64,000 bases of DNA, from the NCBI GenBank assembly GCA_052390615.1, contig JBQTGT010000017.1, positions 70,536 to 134,535 of the forward strand, read 5' to 3'. A program made the position numbers and the translations under genes. Source of the stretch: Actinomycetota bacterium (lineage in GTDB: Bacteria; Actinomycetota; Acidimicrobiia; IMCC26256; PALSA-610). This document shows positions 43,261 through 52,250 of the stretch, piece by piece. The notes under the pieces were generated by a model. That model ran no database searches, was not told where the DNA came from, and saw only the letters and a program-made list of their open reading frames with translations. Positions within the stretch are counted from its first letter, which is position 1. Each line of letters opens with the position of its first letter.

Positions 43261-43317
43261 AGTGCTCGTGTAACGAATCCGGGCCATTCCCGATTCCCAG
43301 GGTCAGATTTCGATTTC

Positions 43318-44838
43318 GTGCCGGTGCGACCGAACCTTCTCTTTGTGACCGCGGACCAATTCCGTGGCGACTGCCTGTCGGCGGCCGGGCACTCGGTGGT
43401 GCGCACTCCGAACCTGGACCGGCTCGCGGCCGGTGGCGTGTCGTTCCGCCGCCACTTCGCGAACGCGGCGCCGTGCGAGCCGAGCCGGGCGTCGCTGTAC
43501 ACCGGCATGTACTTGTGCAACCACCGCGCGGCGATCAACGGATCGCCGCTCGACAACCGCCACACGAACGTCGCCCGGCAGGCGCGCGCCATTGGCTACG
43601 AACCGGCATTGTTCGGCTACACGGACATTGGCGTGGATCCCCGCACGGTCGGGCCCGACGACCCGCAGCTCTATAGCTACGAGGGGGTGCTGCCGGGATT
43701 CGATCCGGTGTGCCATCTGCCCGAGGGCGATCCAGCGGTTTGGCTAACGTGGATGCGCAAGGGCGGCGTCGCGGTTCCCGACAACTGGCGGGAGCTCGTC
43801 GACCATCCCGTCGAGGGGACCTACGGGCGCACGCGGTACGGCGCCCAACACTCGCAGACGAAGTTCTTGACCGACCGCGTGCTCGACTATGTCGACGAGG
43901 CACGCGACGTCCCCTGGTTCGTGCACCTCTCGTACCTGCGGCCGCACCCGCCGTACCTCGCGCCCGCGCCGTACGACACGATGTACGACCCCGCGTCGGT
44001 CCCCGGCCCGGTGCGCGCGCCCTCGCGCTTCGAAGAAGGCCAACAGCATCCGCTGCTCGGCGTGATGATCGACCATCCGTTGATCAAGTCGCCCGACGAC
44101 GACCAGGCCCAGCGCGAGTTCCAAGCGACGTACTACGGGATGGTGTCCGAGGTCGACGCGCAACTCGGGCGCATCTTCGACTGGCTCGCCGAGTCCGGCC
44201 GCGCCGACGACACGATCGTCGTATTCACATCCGATCACGGCGAACTGCTGGGTGACCACTGGCTGGTGCAGAAGATCGGCTGGTTCGATACCGCCTATCA
44301 CGTTCCGCTGATCGTGCGCGACCCTCGCTCGGACTTCGACTCGACGCGCGGCACGACCGTCAGCGCGTTCACCGAGCACGTTGATGTGACGCCGACGATC
44401 TGCGAGTTGATCGGTGCGGACGTGCCGCTGCAGTGCGACGGGCGGCCGCTCACACCGTGGCTCGACGGAGACGAGCCCGATGACTGGCGCGCGGCGGCGC
44501 ACTTCGAGCTCGACTTGCGCGATCCTGACAGCCGGTTCCTCGAGGACGCGTTCGGCCTCACGATGGAGGAGTGTTCGGTCGCGATCTTGCGCGACGACCA
44601 CGGCAAGTACGTGCAGTTCGCGGGTCATCATGCGTTCCCGCCGATGTTCTTCGACATCGACAACGATCCCGCGCAGCTCGTGAACTGCGCCGACGATCCC
44701 GCGTACGCCGGCCGCGTGCTCGAGTACGCACAGCGAATGCTGTCCTGGCGGATGCGCCACAATGAACGCACGCTCGCCGGCATGAAGCTCACCGGCCACC
44801 GCGGGCTCGTCGAGTACCGCGCGCCCCGCGTCCGCTAA
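43318..44838 (+). CDS. Sulfatase (Cys-type)
   Basis: MPVRPNLLFVTADQFRGD.. and the CEPSRASLYTGM signature. Confidence 0.85.
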   Translation: MPVRPNLLFVTADQFRGDCLSAAGHSVVRTPNLDRLAAGGVSFRRHFANAAPCEPSRASLYTGMYLCNHRAAINGSPLDNRHTNVARQARAIGYEPALFGYTDIGVDPRTVGPDDPQLYSYEGVLPGFDPVCHLPEGDPAVWLTWMRKGGVAVPDNWRELVDHPVEGTYGRTRYGAQHSQTKFLTDRVLDYVDEARDVPWFVHLSYLRPHPPYLAPAPYDTMYDPASVPGPVRAPSRFEEGQQHPLLGVMIDHPLIKSPDDDQAQREFQATYYGMVSEVDAQLGRIFDWLAESGRADDTIVVFTSDHGELLGDHWLVQKIGWFDTAYHVPLIVRDPRSDFDSTRGTTVSAFTEHVDVTPTICELIGADVPLQCDGRPLTPWLDGDEPDDWRAAAHFELDLRDPDSRFLEDAFGLTMEECSVAILRDDHGKYVQFAGHHAFPPMFFDIDNDPAQLVNCADDPAYAGRVLEYAQRMLSWRMRHNERTLAGMKLTGHRGLVEYRAPRVR

Positions 44839-44850
44839 CCCCAAAGGAAC

Positions 44851-44894
44851 GATGCGTCGATAGACCCCAAGTGCTTAGGGTCTATCGACGCATC
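44851..44894. repeat. Palindromic repeat family A, copy 2 (16-bp arms, 12-nt loop)
   Basis: gatgcgtcgatagacc-ccaagtgcttag-ggtctatcgacgcatc. Arms are identical to the copy at 745-785. Confidence 0.7.
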
Positions 44895-44898
44895 GGTA

Positions 44899-45807
44899 GT
44901 GTGCGCCGGAATGGACGCGCGCACGTTTTACGGCCTCGAGGAGACCGAGGATCCGAACCGGTGGCGGATGCCGATCGTGCCCGGACTCACGTCCGGCCGC
45001 CACGCGTTGTTCGGTGGCGCGGGGCTCGGCGCCGCGATCGAGGTCATGGAACAGGTGACCGGTCGGCCGTGCATCTGGGCGACGGCGCAGTATTTGTCGT
45101 ACGCGTCGCCGCCGTCGGTGCTGGAGCTCGACATGACCGAAGTCGTGCGCGGCCACCAGATCAGTCAGGCACGCGTGCTCGCACACGTCGGCGACACCGA
45201 GGTGCTCACCGTACTCGCCGCGCTCGGCGACCGGCCGTTGCCGTACGAGGGCCAGTGGGCGGTGCGACCGGACGTGCCGTTACCGGGTGACTCACCGCCG
45301 CGCCCGCTGCAGCACCATCATGAAGGCACGATCAGCAGCCGTCTCGAAGCCCGGATCGCGGCGGGACGACCGTTCTGGGAGCTGCCCGGCGACCAGGGCT
45401 CCGGAACCGCGGCGCTATGGGTGCGCATGCCGGAACTGCTCGAGATGTCGGCCGCCGCGCTCGCGATCATCGGCGACTTCGTCCCGTTCGGTATCGGGCA
45501 AGCGCTCGGCCGACGCGCCGGCGGGAACAGCCTCGACAACACACTGCGGGTCGCGCACCGTGTCGAGAGCGACTGGGTGTTGGCCGACATTCGCGTCCAC
45601 GCGGTCGCGGACGGGTTCGGACACGGCCTCGTGCACCTGTGGGCCGACGATGGCACGCTGCTCGGCACTGCGAGCCAGTCGACGATCGTGCGAGCATGGC
45701 GAGACGACAGCGAAGCGACCGGAGGGGAGCGGAGCGTGGAGTCGACCCGTGAACAAGGTCGAGACCAACCGCCCGAGAGTGACGAAGAACCGGAGACGAC
45801 GCGATGA
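44899..45807 (+). CDS. Acyl-CoA thioesterase (double hotdog, TesB-like)
   Basis: 302 aa. ..LFGGAGLGAAIEVMEQ.. and the second-half ..IIGDFVPFGIGQAL... An ATG at 44911 is an alternative start. Confidence 0.7.
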   Translation: MCAGMDARTFYGLEETEDPNRWRMPIVPGLTSGRHALFGGAGLGAAIEVMEQVTGRPCIWATAQYLSYASPPSVLELDMTEVVRGHQISQARVLAHVGDTEVLTVLAALGDRPLPYEGQWAVRPDVPLPGDSPPRPLQHHHEGTISSRLEARIAAGRPFWELPGDQGSGTAALWVRMPELLEMSAAALAIIGDFVPFGIGQALGRRAGGNSLDNTLRVAHRVESDWVLADIRVHAVADGFGHGLVHLWADDGTLLGTASQSTIVRAWRDDSEATGGERSVESTREQGRDQPPESDEEPETTR

Positions 45808-46760
45808 CGGTTCCCCAGCGTTACGGCATCACGTTCCCCTTCGACGGCATCCCGCTGGTCGACCAGCGCGAGATCGTCACCGAGATCGCCGACCTCGGCT
45901 ATACCGACCTGTGGTCAGCGGAATCGGGCGGCTACGACGCGTTCATACCGCTCGCCGCGGCTGCCCAATGGTCACCTACCCTGCGGTTCGGCACCGCGAT
46001 CGTGCCCGCGTACACGCGCGGCGCCCACACGCTGGCGTCGACGGTCGCGAGCATGTGCCAGGCCGCGCCCGGGCGGTTCGCACTCGGGATCGGTTCGTCG
46101 TCGAACGTGATCGTCGAGCGATGGAACGGCATGTCCTTCGACAAGCCGTATCAGCGCGTGCGCGACACAATCAGGTTCCTGCGCGCCGCGCTCGCGGGCG
46201 AGAAGGTCACGGAGGAATACGAGACGTTCGCGGTGAATGGCTTCCGGCTCGGCATCCCGGTGCCGGAGCCGCCGCCGATCCTCGTCGCCGCGTTGCGCGA
46301 GGGAATGCTGCGGCTGGCCGGGCGTGAGGGCGACGGCGCGATCATCAACTGGCTGTCGGCCGACGACGTGAAGACCGTCGTGCCGCATGTCGGCACCGGA
46401 AAGGAGATCGCGGCGCGCATTTTCGTGTTCCCCGTCGATGACGCGGGCATGGCGCGCGCGGTCGGCAAGCGCGCGATCGCGTCGTACCTAACCGTGCCGG
46501 TGTACGCCGCCTTCCACGAATGGCTCGGTCGCGGCGACGAGCTCGCCGACTTGTGGCGACTGTGGAAGGAGGGCGACCGCAAGGCTGCGGCCGACAGCAT
46601 CCCCGATCACGTCGTGGACCAGCTGCTCGTGTGGGGAAAGCCGGAAGCGTGCCGCGAACACATCCGGCGCTACATCGACAACGGCGTGACCACCCCCGCT
46701 CCGGCATTGTTCGCGGGACCCGATCAGCTGCGCGACGTCATCCGTGCACTGAAGCCGTAG
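45804..46760 (+). CDS. LLM-class (luciferase-like) F420/flavin-dependent oxidoreductase
   Basis: 318 aa. ..RYGITFPFDG..LGYTDLWSAES..RFGTAIVPAYTR..FALGIGSS... ATGA overlap with the thioesterase. Confidence 0.8.
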   Translation: MTVPQRYGITFPFDGIPLVDQREIVTEIADLGYTDLWSAESGGYDAFIPLAAAAQWSPTLRFGTAIVPAYTRGAHTLASTVASMCQAAPGRFALGIGSSSNVIVERWNGMSFDKPYQRVRDTIRFLRAALAGEKVTEEYETFAVNGFRLGIPVPEPPPILVAALREGMLRLAGREGDGAIINWLSADDVKTVVPHVGTGKEIAARIFVFPVDDAGMARAVGKRAIASYLTVPVYAAFHEWLGRGDELADLWRLWKEGDRKAAADSIPDHVVDQLLVWGKPEACREHIRRYIDNGVTTPAPALFAGPDQLRDVIRALKP

Positions 46761-46766
46761 CTCGCG

Positions 46767-47522
46767 CTACGCCACGATCTCGAGCTTGGCGTCCTCGTGA
46801 CGCACGCGCGCCAAGCGCAGCGCGACAAGGACCTTCACGAGGAACCACCCGGGATCGATCTCGCGCTTGCGGAGCGCAAACCGCGCCGATGTCGGCGCCG
46901 CATGATGATTGTTGTGTAACCCTTCGCCGCCGGTTACCAGGGCGAGGAGTTGTCCGTTGGTCGCCGAATTCGCATAGGGCTGGGTGCCGTACTTGTGGCC
47001 GATCGCGTTGATCGCGCCCGACAGCATCACGTAGACGACGGCATGAAGCCCGGACGCGAGGAATCCCACCCACACGGGAAAGCCAAGCGCCCACATCGTC
47101 ACGACGAGGATCGTGATTCCGACGCCCAGGCCCAAGAACGCGTGGTCGAACGCGATGCGATCGAGTCGACTGGCCGGGAGATCGCGCGCGTACTTGTGCG
47201 TGGTCGTTGGGTCCTTGGCCGAGCGACGGTACAACCCGACGTTGCCGAGCTGCACCCGCCAAAACCCGAGGATCGCGGGGCTGTGCGGGTCGTCACTGGT
47301 GTCGGTCGCGGCGTGGTGGCGCCGGTGCACCGCCACCCACTCGCGCGGGCGCATGCCCGACGTGATCCAGATGACGAAGCGGCACGGCAGCGCCGCGACC
47401 GGATGCACCGCCAAAGCCCGGTGTGATAGCGCCCGGTGGAGGTAGACAGTGGTCGCCGCGATCGCGAGCTGGGTGACGAGCGTCGCGGCGGCGACGGCCG
47501 CCAGCAGATCCGTCCACGACAT
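46767..47522 (-). CDS. Membrane fatty-acid (acyl-CoA) desaturase
   Basis: Trimmed to MSWTDLLAAV... Three histidine boxes: HRALSH, HRRHH, HNNHH. Confidence 0.85.
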   Translation of the reverse strand: MSWTDLLAAVAAATLVTQLAIAATTVYLHRALSHRALAVHPVAALPCRFVIWITSGMRPREWVAVHRRHHAATDTSDDPHSPAILGFWRVQLGNVGLYRRSAKDPTTTHKYARDLPASRLDRIAFDHAFLGLGVGITILVVTMWALGFPVWVGFLASGLHAVVYVMLSGAINAIGHKYGTQPYANSATNGQLLALVTGGEGLHNNHHAAPTSARFALRKREIDPGWFLVKVLVALRLARVRHEDAKLEIVA

Positions 47523-47532
47523 CGAACGCACG

Positions 47533-47560
47533 ATACTACCTACCAGTCGGTAGGTAGTAT
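47533..47560. promoter_or_regulatory. Perfect 12-N4-12 palindrome atactacctacc-agtc-ggtaggtagtat (candidate TetR operator)
   Basis: Read directly. Lies 11 nt from the desaturase start codon and ~45 nt upstream of the divergent TetR gene. Confidence 0.6.
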
Positions 47561-47604
47561 TGATCCCAACCCTCATCCCTGCCGCCGAGACACGAGCATC
47601 GGAC

Positions 47605-48228
47605 ATGGCCCTGCCGGAAACGCCGACGTCGACCAAGGAGCAAATCATCGACGTGGCGCGGCGCCGCTTCTCCGATCACGGCTACGCGGGAACGAGCCTG
47701 ACCGAGATCGCGGACGAAGTCGGGATCCGCCGGCCGAGCCTCCTCTATCACTATCCGTCGAAGGAAGCGCTGTACCGCGCGGTACTCCTGGAGTCGTTCG
47801 CGGAATGGGTCGACCTCGTCGACCAGGCGATCGAGGGGCCGCGCGAAGGATGGCCGCAAGTCGAACGGATGTTGCGCGCCGCGTTCCGGTTCTTCGAGGA
47901 ACGGCCCGACTTCGTACGTCTCGTGCGCTGGGAAGCGCTCGAAGGCGGCCTGTTCCTGCGCAATGAACTCGCGGTGTTGCTGCGCCCGCTGTTCGATCGC
48001 GGCGCCGACTTCCTCGAGCGCGAGATGGAAGCGGGCCGGCTCCGCCACTACGACGCCCGCCAACTGCTCTTGACCGGGTACGGCGCGGTGTTGTCGTACC
48101 TGTCGGACGCGCCGCTGATGACCGGCTTGCTGGACGCCGACCCGCTCTCGCCGATGGCGTTGCGGGCGCGTCAGGAACACGTCATCGAAGTGCTCCGGAA
48201 CGCGGTCGCGCCGAACGAGGCCGCCTAG
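47605..48228 (+). CDS. TetR family transcriptional regulator
   Basis: Trimmed to MALPETPTSTKEQIIDVARRRFSDHGYAGTSLTEIADEVGIRRPSLLYHY... Confidence 0.85.
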   Translation: MALPETPTSTKEQIIDVARRRFSDHGYAGTSLTEIADEVGIRRPSLLYHYPSKEALYRAVLLESFAEWVDLVDQAIEGPREGWPQVERMLRAAFRFFEERPDFVRLVRWEALEGGLFLRNELAVLLRPLFDRGADFLEREMEAGRLRHYDARQLLLTGYGAVLSYLSDAPLMTGLLDADPLSPMALRARQEHVIEVLRNAVAPNEAA

Positions 48229-48953
48229 AGTCGGGCGTTGCGGAAGCGACGCAGCAGATCGGCGTCGCCGAACACTTCGAGCTGTTCGGGCGGGTACCGG
48301 CCCCACAACACCAAGAGCAAGTCGGACGCGGTGCCGCGCGCGGCGACGTCGCCCTTGGCGTGCTCGCGTGTGACTTCGAGACGCTCGGCACCGATGCGCA
48401 ACAGCCATTCGCCGTCGTCGCTGTCGGTGCAGTGCAGGTGGATCGTCTCGTCATTGCCGCCCGGATACTTCGCGCCGAGTCGGAACGGCAGAATGTCGAA
48501 CACCTCTTGGATGCCGTCGACGGCGAGTGCGCGTTCGATGGGCTGGGGGATTCCGCCGGCCAGCTGCGCGTCCCAGCGATGCACCGCGAGCTCGTGCGCC
48601 TGGCGGCGGGCCCAGAAGCCGGCGGTGCGGTCGTCGGTCCACGACCACATCGGCTCCGTCGGCGCGACGGTGCCAAGCGCGTCGGCCATCGGCGCGTATC
48701 CCGACTCGAGGAAGTCGAGCAGCGCGCCGCCGTCCGGGGTATCGATCGTTTCCCAGTAGCGCTCGAACGGCTTCGGCCGCAGCTCGATCACCTCGACGAC
48801 CCAACGATGCAGTCGCCCGAGGTGTGAACACAGATCGGCGACGGTCCAGTCGGCGCACGAGGGCACCTTCGCGTCGACGCCCGTCGCGCGCGCGGCGCGC
48901 ACACAGTCGGCACCCTCACGGCGTATGGCGGCGACAAAGTCGTCGTAGTGCAT
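48225..48953 (-). CDS. Maleylpyruvate isomerase family mycothiol-dependent enzyme (DinB-fold, MDMPI_N)
   Basis: Trimmed to MHYDDFVAAIRREG... ..CADWTVADLCSHLGRLHRWV..RRQAHELAVHRWD... Confidence 0.75.
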   Translation of the reverse strand: MHYDDFVAAIRREGADCVRAARATGVDAKVPSCADWTVADLCSHLGRLHRWVVEVIELRPKPFERYWETIDTPDGGALLDFLESGYAPMADALGTVAPTEPMWSWTDDRTAGFWARRQAHELAVHRWDAQLAGGIPQPIERALAVDGIQEVFDILPFRLGAKYPGGNDETIHLHCTDSDDGEWLLRIGAERLEVTREHAKGDVAARGTASDLLLVLWGRYPPEQLEVFGDADLLRRFRNARL

Positions 48954-49654
48954 CAGGGGGAGGCTACCGGAGTTGGTTCGAGCAGTTCCGCGCCATTGTT
49001 CGCAGCGGCATTGACACGCGTCGAGACCTCCCACGCCTCGAACTGGTCGCCGGGCGCGGGAATCAACAGCTGTTGGAGTGCGGTGATGTCGGAGAAATCG
49101 GGGTCCAGCCACCGGTCCCAGTGCTCCTCGGGGAGCACGACCGGCATGCGATCGTGGATCGGCCGCACGACGTCGTTCGCGTCGGTCGTGATGATCGTGC
49201 AGCTGCGGATGCGCGGCGCGTCGTCGCCTTCCTCGGGGTCGTGCCAGATCTCCCACAGACCTGCGAACGCGAGCGGCTCGCCGTCACGGCTACGGATGAA
49301 CCACGGCTGCTTCTTCTTTTGCCCTGCGCGCGCTTGCCATTCGTAGAATCCGTCGGCGGGAACGATGACGCGGCGCTTGAGGAACGCGCGCTTGTACGCG
49401 GGCTTGGTCGCGACGGTGCTGGCGCGCGCGTTGATCTGGCGGTCGCCAATCGCGGCGCTCTTCGCCCACGACGGGATCAGTCCCCAACGCACGAGGTCGA
49501 GCGTGCGCGCGCCCTGGCTCACGGCCACAACGGGGACCTCGGTGCGGGGCGCAACATTGTAGTTTGGTTCGGTCGCGTCGATGCGGACCTCCTCGACGCC
49601 GAACCGCTCGGCCAGGATCGTCGGCGACGAGACCGTCACGTATCTCCCACACAT
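48953..49654 (-). CDS. SOS response-associated peptidase (SRAP/YedK/HMCES family)
   Basis: Trimmed to the canonical MCGRY N-terminus with catalytic Cys2. ..PNYNVAPR..FYEW..HDRMPVVL... Confidence 0.9.
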   Translation of the reverse strand: MCGRYVTVSSPTILAERFGVEEVRIDATEPNYNVAPRTEVPVVAVSQGARTLDLVRWGLIPSWAKSAAIGDRQINARASTVATKPAYKRAFLKRRVIVPADGFYEWQARAGQKKKQPWFIRSRDGEPLAFAGLWEIWHDPEEGDDAPRIRSCTIITTDANDVVRPIHDRMPVVLPEEHWDRWLDPDFSDITALQQLLIPAPGDQFEAWEVSTRVNAAANNGAELLEPTPVASP

Positions 49655-49713
49655 CGGAGGCGACCGTACCCAGCCGCCGCGACTCGGACCGACGCAATCC
49701 CCACAGTCCGAAC

Positions 49714-49744
49714 TCTCCACAGGGTCGATTTCGAGCGACCGGAT
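49714..49744. repeat. Repeat family C, degenerate copy (left arm ctctccacagggtcgatt plus gagcgaccgga)
   Basis: Matches the left arm and the inner-stem right half of the copy at 18951-19011, with one substitution and an internal deletion. Located in the divergent SRAP/TetR intergenic region. Confidence 0.5.
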
Positions 49745-49805
49745 GGGGTGGGGCGCGGCCCATGTGACCACGGTCACGTTGACGACCGACCCGCTGGCCG
49801 GTTAT

Positions 49806-49827
49806 AAACCAACCGAACGGTCGGTTT
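49806..49827. promoter_or_regulatory. Candidate TetR operator aaaccaaccg-aa-cggtcggttt
   Basis: 10-bp arms, 9/10 symmetric. Sits 17 nt upstream of the TetR GTG, just before the aggggaggg Shine-Dalgarno. Confidence 0.5.
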
Positions 49828-49843
49828 TCTAGGGGAGGGACAG

Positions 49844-50470
49844 GTGGCTGTCACCAAGGGGGCCCAGACCCGCCAGCGAATCCTCGAGCTGGCGGCGCCC
49901 GTGTTCAACGAGCGCGGCTACATCGGCGCCACGATGCGCGATCTCGTCGAGGCCACCGGGCTCGAAAAGGGCGGCATCTACAACCACTTCGGCTCCAAGG
50001 ACCAGCTCGCGCTCGAGGCGTACGACTACGCGATGACGCTCGTCACGAACGCGCTCGCCCGCTCCCAAAAGACCGAGATGGACGCGGTGGATCGGTTCCG
50101 GGCGTTGATCCGCGCCCATGCGACCGGCGCCCGCACGCCCGTCATCTCCGGGGGCTGTCCGATCATGAACACCGCGATCGAAGCCGACGACACGCACCCT
50201 GAGCTGCGCAATCGCGCGCGTGAGTCGATGACCTTCTGGCATCGCCTGATCGGCCGCATCGTGAAAGACGGCATCGCGGCCGGTACCCTCGACCCCGCGA
50301 CCGATCCGTATGATCTCGCGTCGTATCTCACCGCATCGCTCGAGGGCGCGTTGATGCTCTCTCGCCTCTACGACGACCCGAGTCACACCGACCGCGTCGT
50401 CAAACACCTCGTCGCCGACGTCGAGGACCTGCGCGCTGCCCCCCACTCCCCCCAGGAGGACACCGAATGA
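49844..50470 (+). CDS. TetR family transcriptional regulator
   Basis: 208 aa. ..RQRILELAAPVFNERGYIGATMRDLVEATGLEKGGIYNHF... Confidence 0.9.
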   Translation: MAVTKGAQTRQRILELAAPVFNERGYIGATMRDLVEATGLEKGGIYNHFGSKDQLALEAYDYAMTLVTNALARSQKTEMDAVDRFRALIRAHATGARTPVISGGCPIMNTAIEADDTHPELRNRARESMTFWHRLIGRIVKDGIAAGTLDPATDPYDLASYLTASLEGALMLSRLYDDPSHTDRVVKHLVADVEDLRAAPHSPQEDTE

Positions 50471-50997
50471 CTGCGCTCCCTGTGTTCGAAGAAGGCGTCC
50501 GCTCGCGCGTCGTGAGTTGGGCCGATCCCGCCCGCGGCCGGTTTCAGCTGCGCCGTCGCGACGGCTTCGCTCAGCTGAATGCCATCGTCGCCGGCGAAGT
50601 TCCGCCGCCGCCCGCCGCGGCGCTGCTCGGCATGGAGATCACCGAGGTCGAGCGCGGCCGAGTCGTGTTCTCGCTCGTCGCCGACGAGATCCACGAGAAC
50701 CCCATGGGAACGATGCACGGCGGCATCATCGCCACGCTCGTCGACAGCGCGATGGGGTGCGCGGTCGCGTCGATCCTTCCCGTCGGCACCACGTACACGA
50801 CGCTAGAGCTGAAGACGAACTACATCCGCCCGATCGTGCAAACGACGGGGCGGCTGCGCGCCGAAGGTCGCGTCGTCCACATCGGTGGACGCGTCGCGAC
50901 CACCGATGCGCAGGTCGTCGACGACGACGGCACGCTCTATGCGCACGCGACGTCGACCTGCTTGGTCACGCGTCCGGCGAAGGCAACGGTCCGGTGA
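50467..50997 (+). CDS. PaaI family (hotdog) thioesterase
   Basis: 176 aa. ..NPMGTMHGGIIATLVDSAMGCAV... ATGA overlap with the TetR gene. Confidence 0.85.
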   Translation: MTALPVFEEGVRSRVVSWADPARGRFQLRRRDGFAQLNAIVAGEVPPPPAAALLGMEITEVERGRVVFSLVADEIHENPMGTMHGGIIATLVDSAMGCAVASILPVGTTYTTLELKTNYIRPIVQTTGRLRAEGRVVHIGGRVATTDAQVVDDDGTLYAHATSTCLVTRPAKATVR

Positions 50998-51494
50998 GCG
51001 AGCTCTGGTTCGACGAGGGCGCGGTGCTCTACGTGCGTCCGATCCGTCCTGACGACGTCGACCGGCTCGAGCGCATGTTCTACCGGCTGTCGCCGGAGAC
51101 CGTGTACCGGCGGTTCTTCTCGCCGATCCAACGGCCGCCCCGCAAGATGCTGGCGTGGCTGACGACGGTGGATCACGACCGCCGCGAGGCGCTGGTCGCG
51201 CTCGAAGGCGACGAGATCGTGGCGGTCGCCCGCTACGACGGCCGCCCCGACGGGCAGCACGCCGAGATCGCGGTGACCGTCGAAGACGCGTGGCAGCATC
51301 ACGGCGTCGGGCGCCGGCTGGCGCGTCGGCTCGCCGCCGAGGCCGCGAGTCACGGGTACGAACGCTTCGTCGCGACGATGCTGCCCGGCAACCGTCCCGC
51401 GCTCGGCCTCGTCCGCACGCTGTCGCCCCACGCGGCGCTGCGCTTCGAGGACGGCAGCTACGAGGCCACGATGCAGATCGCGCGGGCGAGCTAG
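50994..51494 (+). CDS. GNAT family N-acetyltransferase
   Basis: GTG start in a GTGA overlap. ..VRPIRPDDVDRLERMFY..VTVEDAWQHHGVGRRLARRLAAEAASHGYERF... Confidence 0.75.
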   Translation: MSELWFDEGAVLYVRPIRPDDVDRLERMFYRLSPETVYRRFFSPIQRPPRKMLAWLTTVDHDRREALVALEGDEIVAVARYDGRPDGQHAEIAVTVEDAWQHHGVGRRLARRLAAEAASHGYERFVATMLPGNRPALGLVRTLSPHAALRFEDGSYEATMQIARAS

Positions 51495-51916
51495 CGCTTG
51501 CGCGCCTTCGCGGGCCGATCCTTGAGGCGGTAGACGAACCGCAGCCCCGACCACGTCTCGTCGACTGCGCAGACTTTGTTGTCGACGAGGCCGTGGCTCA
51601 GGCCGACGCCGCGCACAACATTCTCGGTGAGGTCGGTCGCCACGCATGACGTGCGCTTCGGCCAAGCGATCCACAGTCCGCCCGCCGGTGTGATGGTCCG
51701 GGCGAACGCATCGAATCGGCGCTCGAGTTCGGCGCGTCGCGTCGCGAAGAACACAACGACGTCTTGTGCGCCGCGCGCCTGCGGTCGCACCTGTACTCCA
51801 GAGGGGAGAGGCGCCAATGTGCGTTCGAAACCGTCGGGTGCGCGCACCAACGCGACGCGCGCGCCTCCCTTGATCCCGAGTTTCTGGGCGAGAGGAGTTC
51901 CTGAGTACCCCGCCAC
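51491..51916 (-). CDS. DUF3052 domain protein
   Basis: 141 aa. MAGYSGTPLAQKLGIKGGARVALV..GGLWIAWPKR... Confidence 0.7.
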   Translation of the reverse strand: MAGYSGTPLAQKLGIKGGARVALVRAPDGFERTLAPLPSGVQVRPQARGAQDVVVFFATRRAELERRFDAFARTITPAGGLWIAWPKRTSCVATDLTENVVRGVGLSHGLVDNKVCAVDETWSGLRFVYRLKDRPAKARKR

Positions 51917-51952
51917 GAGCGGCAGTCAATCGCGCGACGGGTCGGCGGTCAA

Positions 51953-52177
51953 TCAGGGAGGGTCGCCGCCGCGCCAGCGCGTGAACTGCGGGACGAGGAT
52001 CGCGATCACACCCACGCCGGCCAGGCACAACGCACCGCCGGAGACAACGGAGAAGGTCGGCGAGACGACGGCGGAGACGGCACCCGCTTCGGCGTCACCG
52101 AGACGCGGCCCGCCCGAGACGATCAAGAGGTTGAACGCAGACACGCGGCCGCGCAATTCGTCGGGCACGATCGTACC
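51953..52177 (-). pseudogene. 3' remnant of an MFS transporter gene (last ~2 TM helices only)
   Basis: ..GTIVPDELRGRVSAFNLLIVSGGPRLGDAEAGAVSAVV..GGALCLAGVGVIAILV.. resembles the C-terminus of the MFS_3 transporter at 3797-5062. The upstream part of the ORF is not MFS-like. Confidence 0.45.
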
Positions 52178-52250
52178 GCTCGACTTTGGAATACGCCGGC
52201 CATAGCCTGCTGTTCCTGTTCGAACGATCCCGTGACGGAGAGGTATTGCG

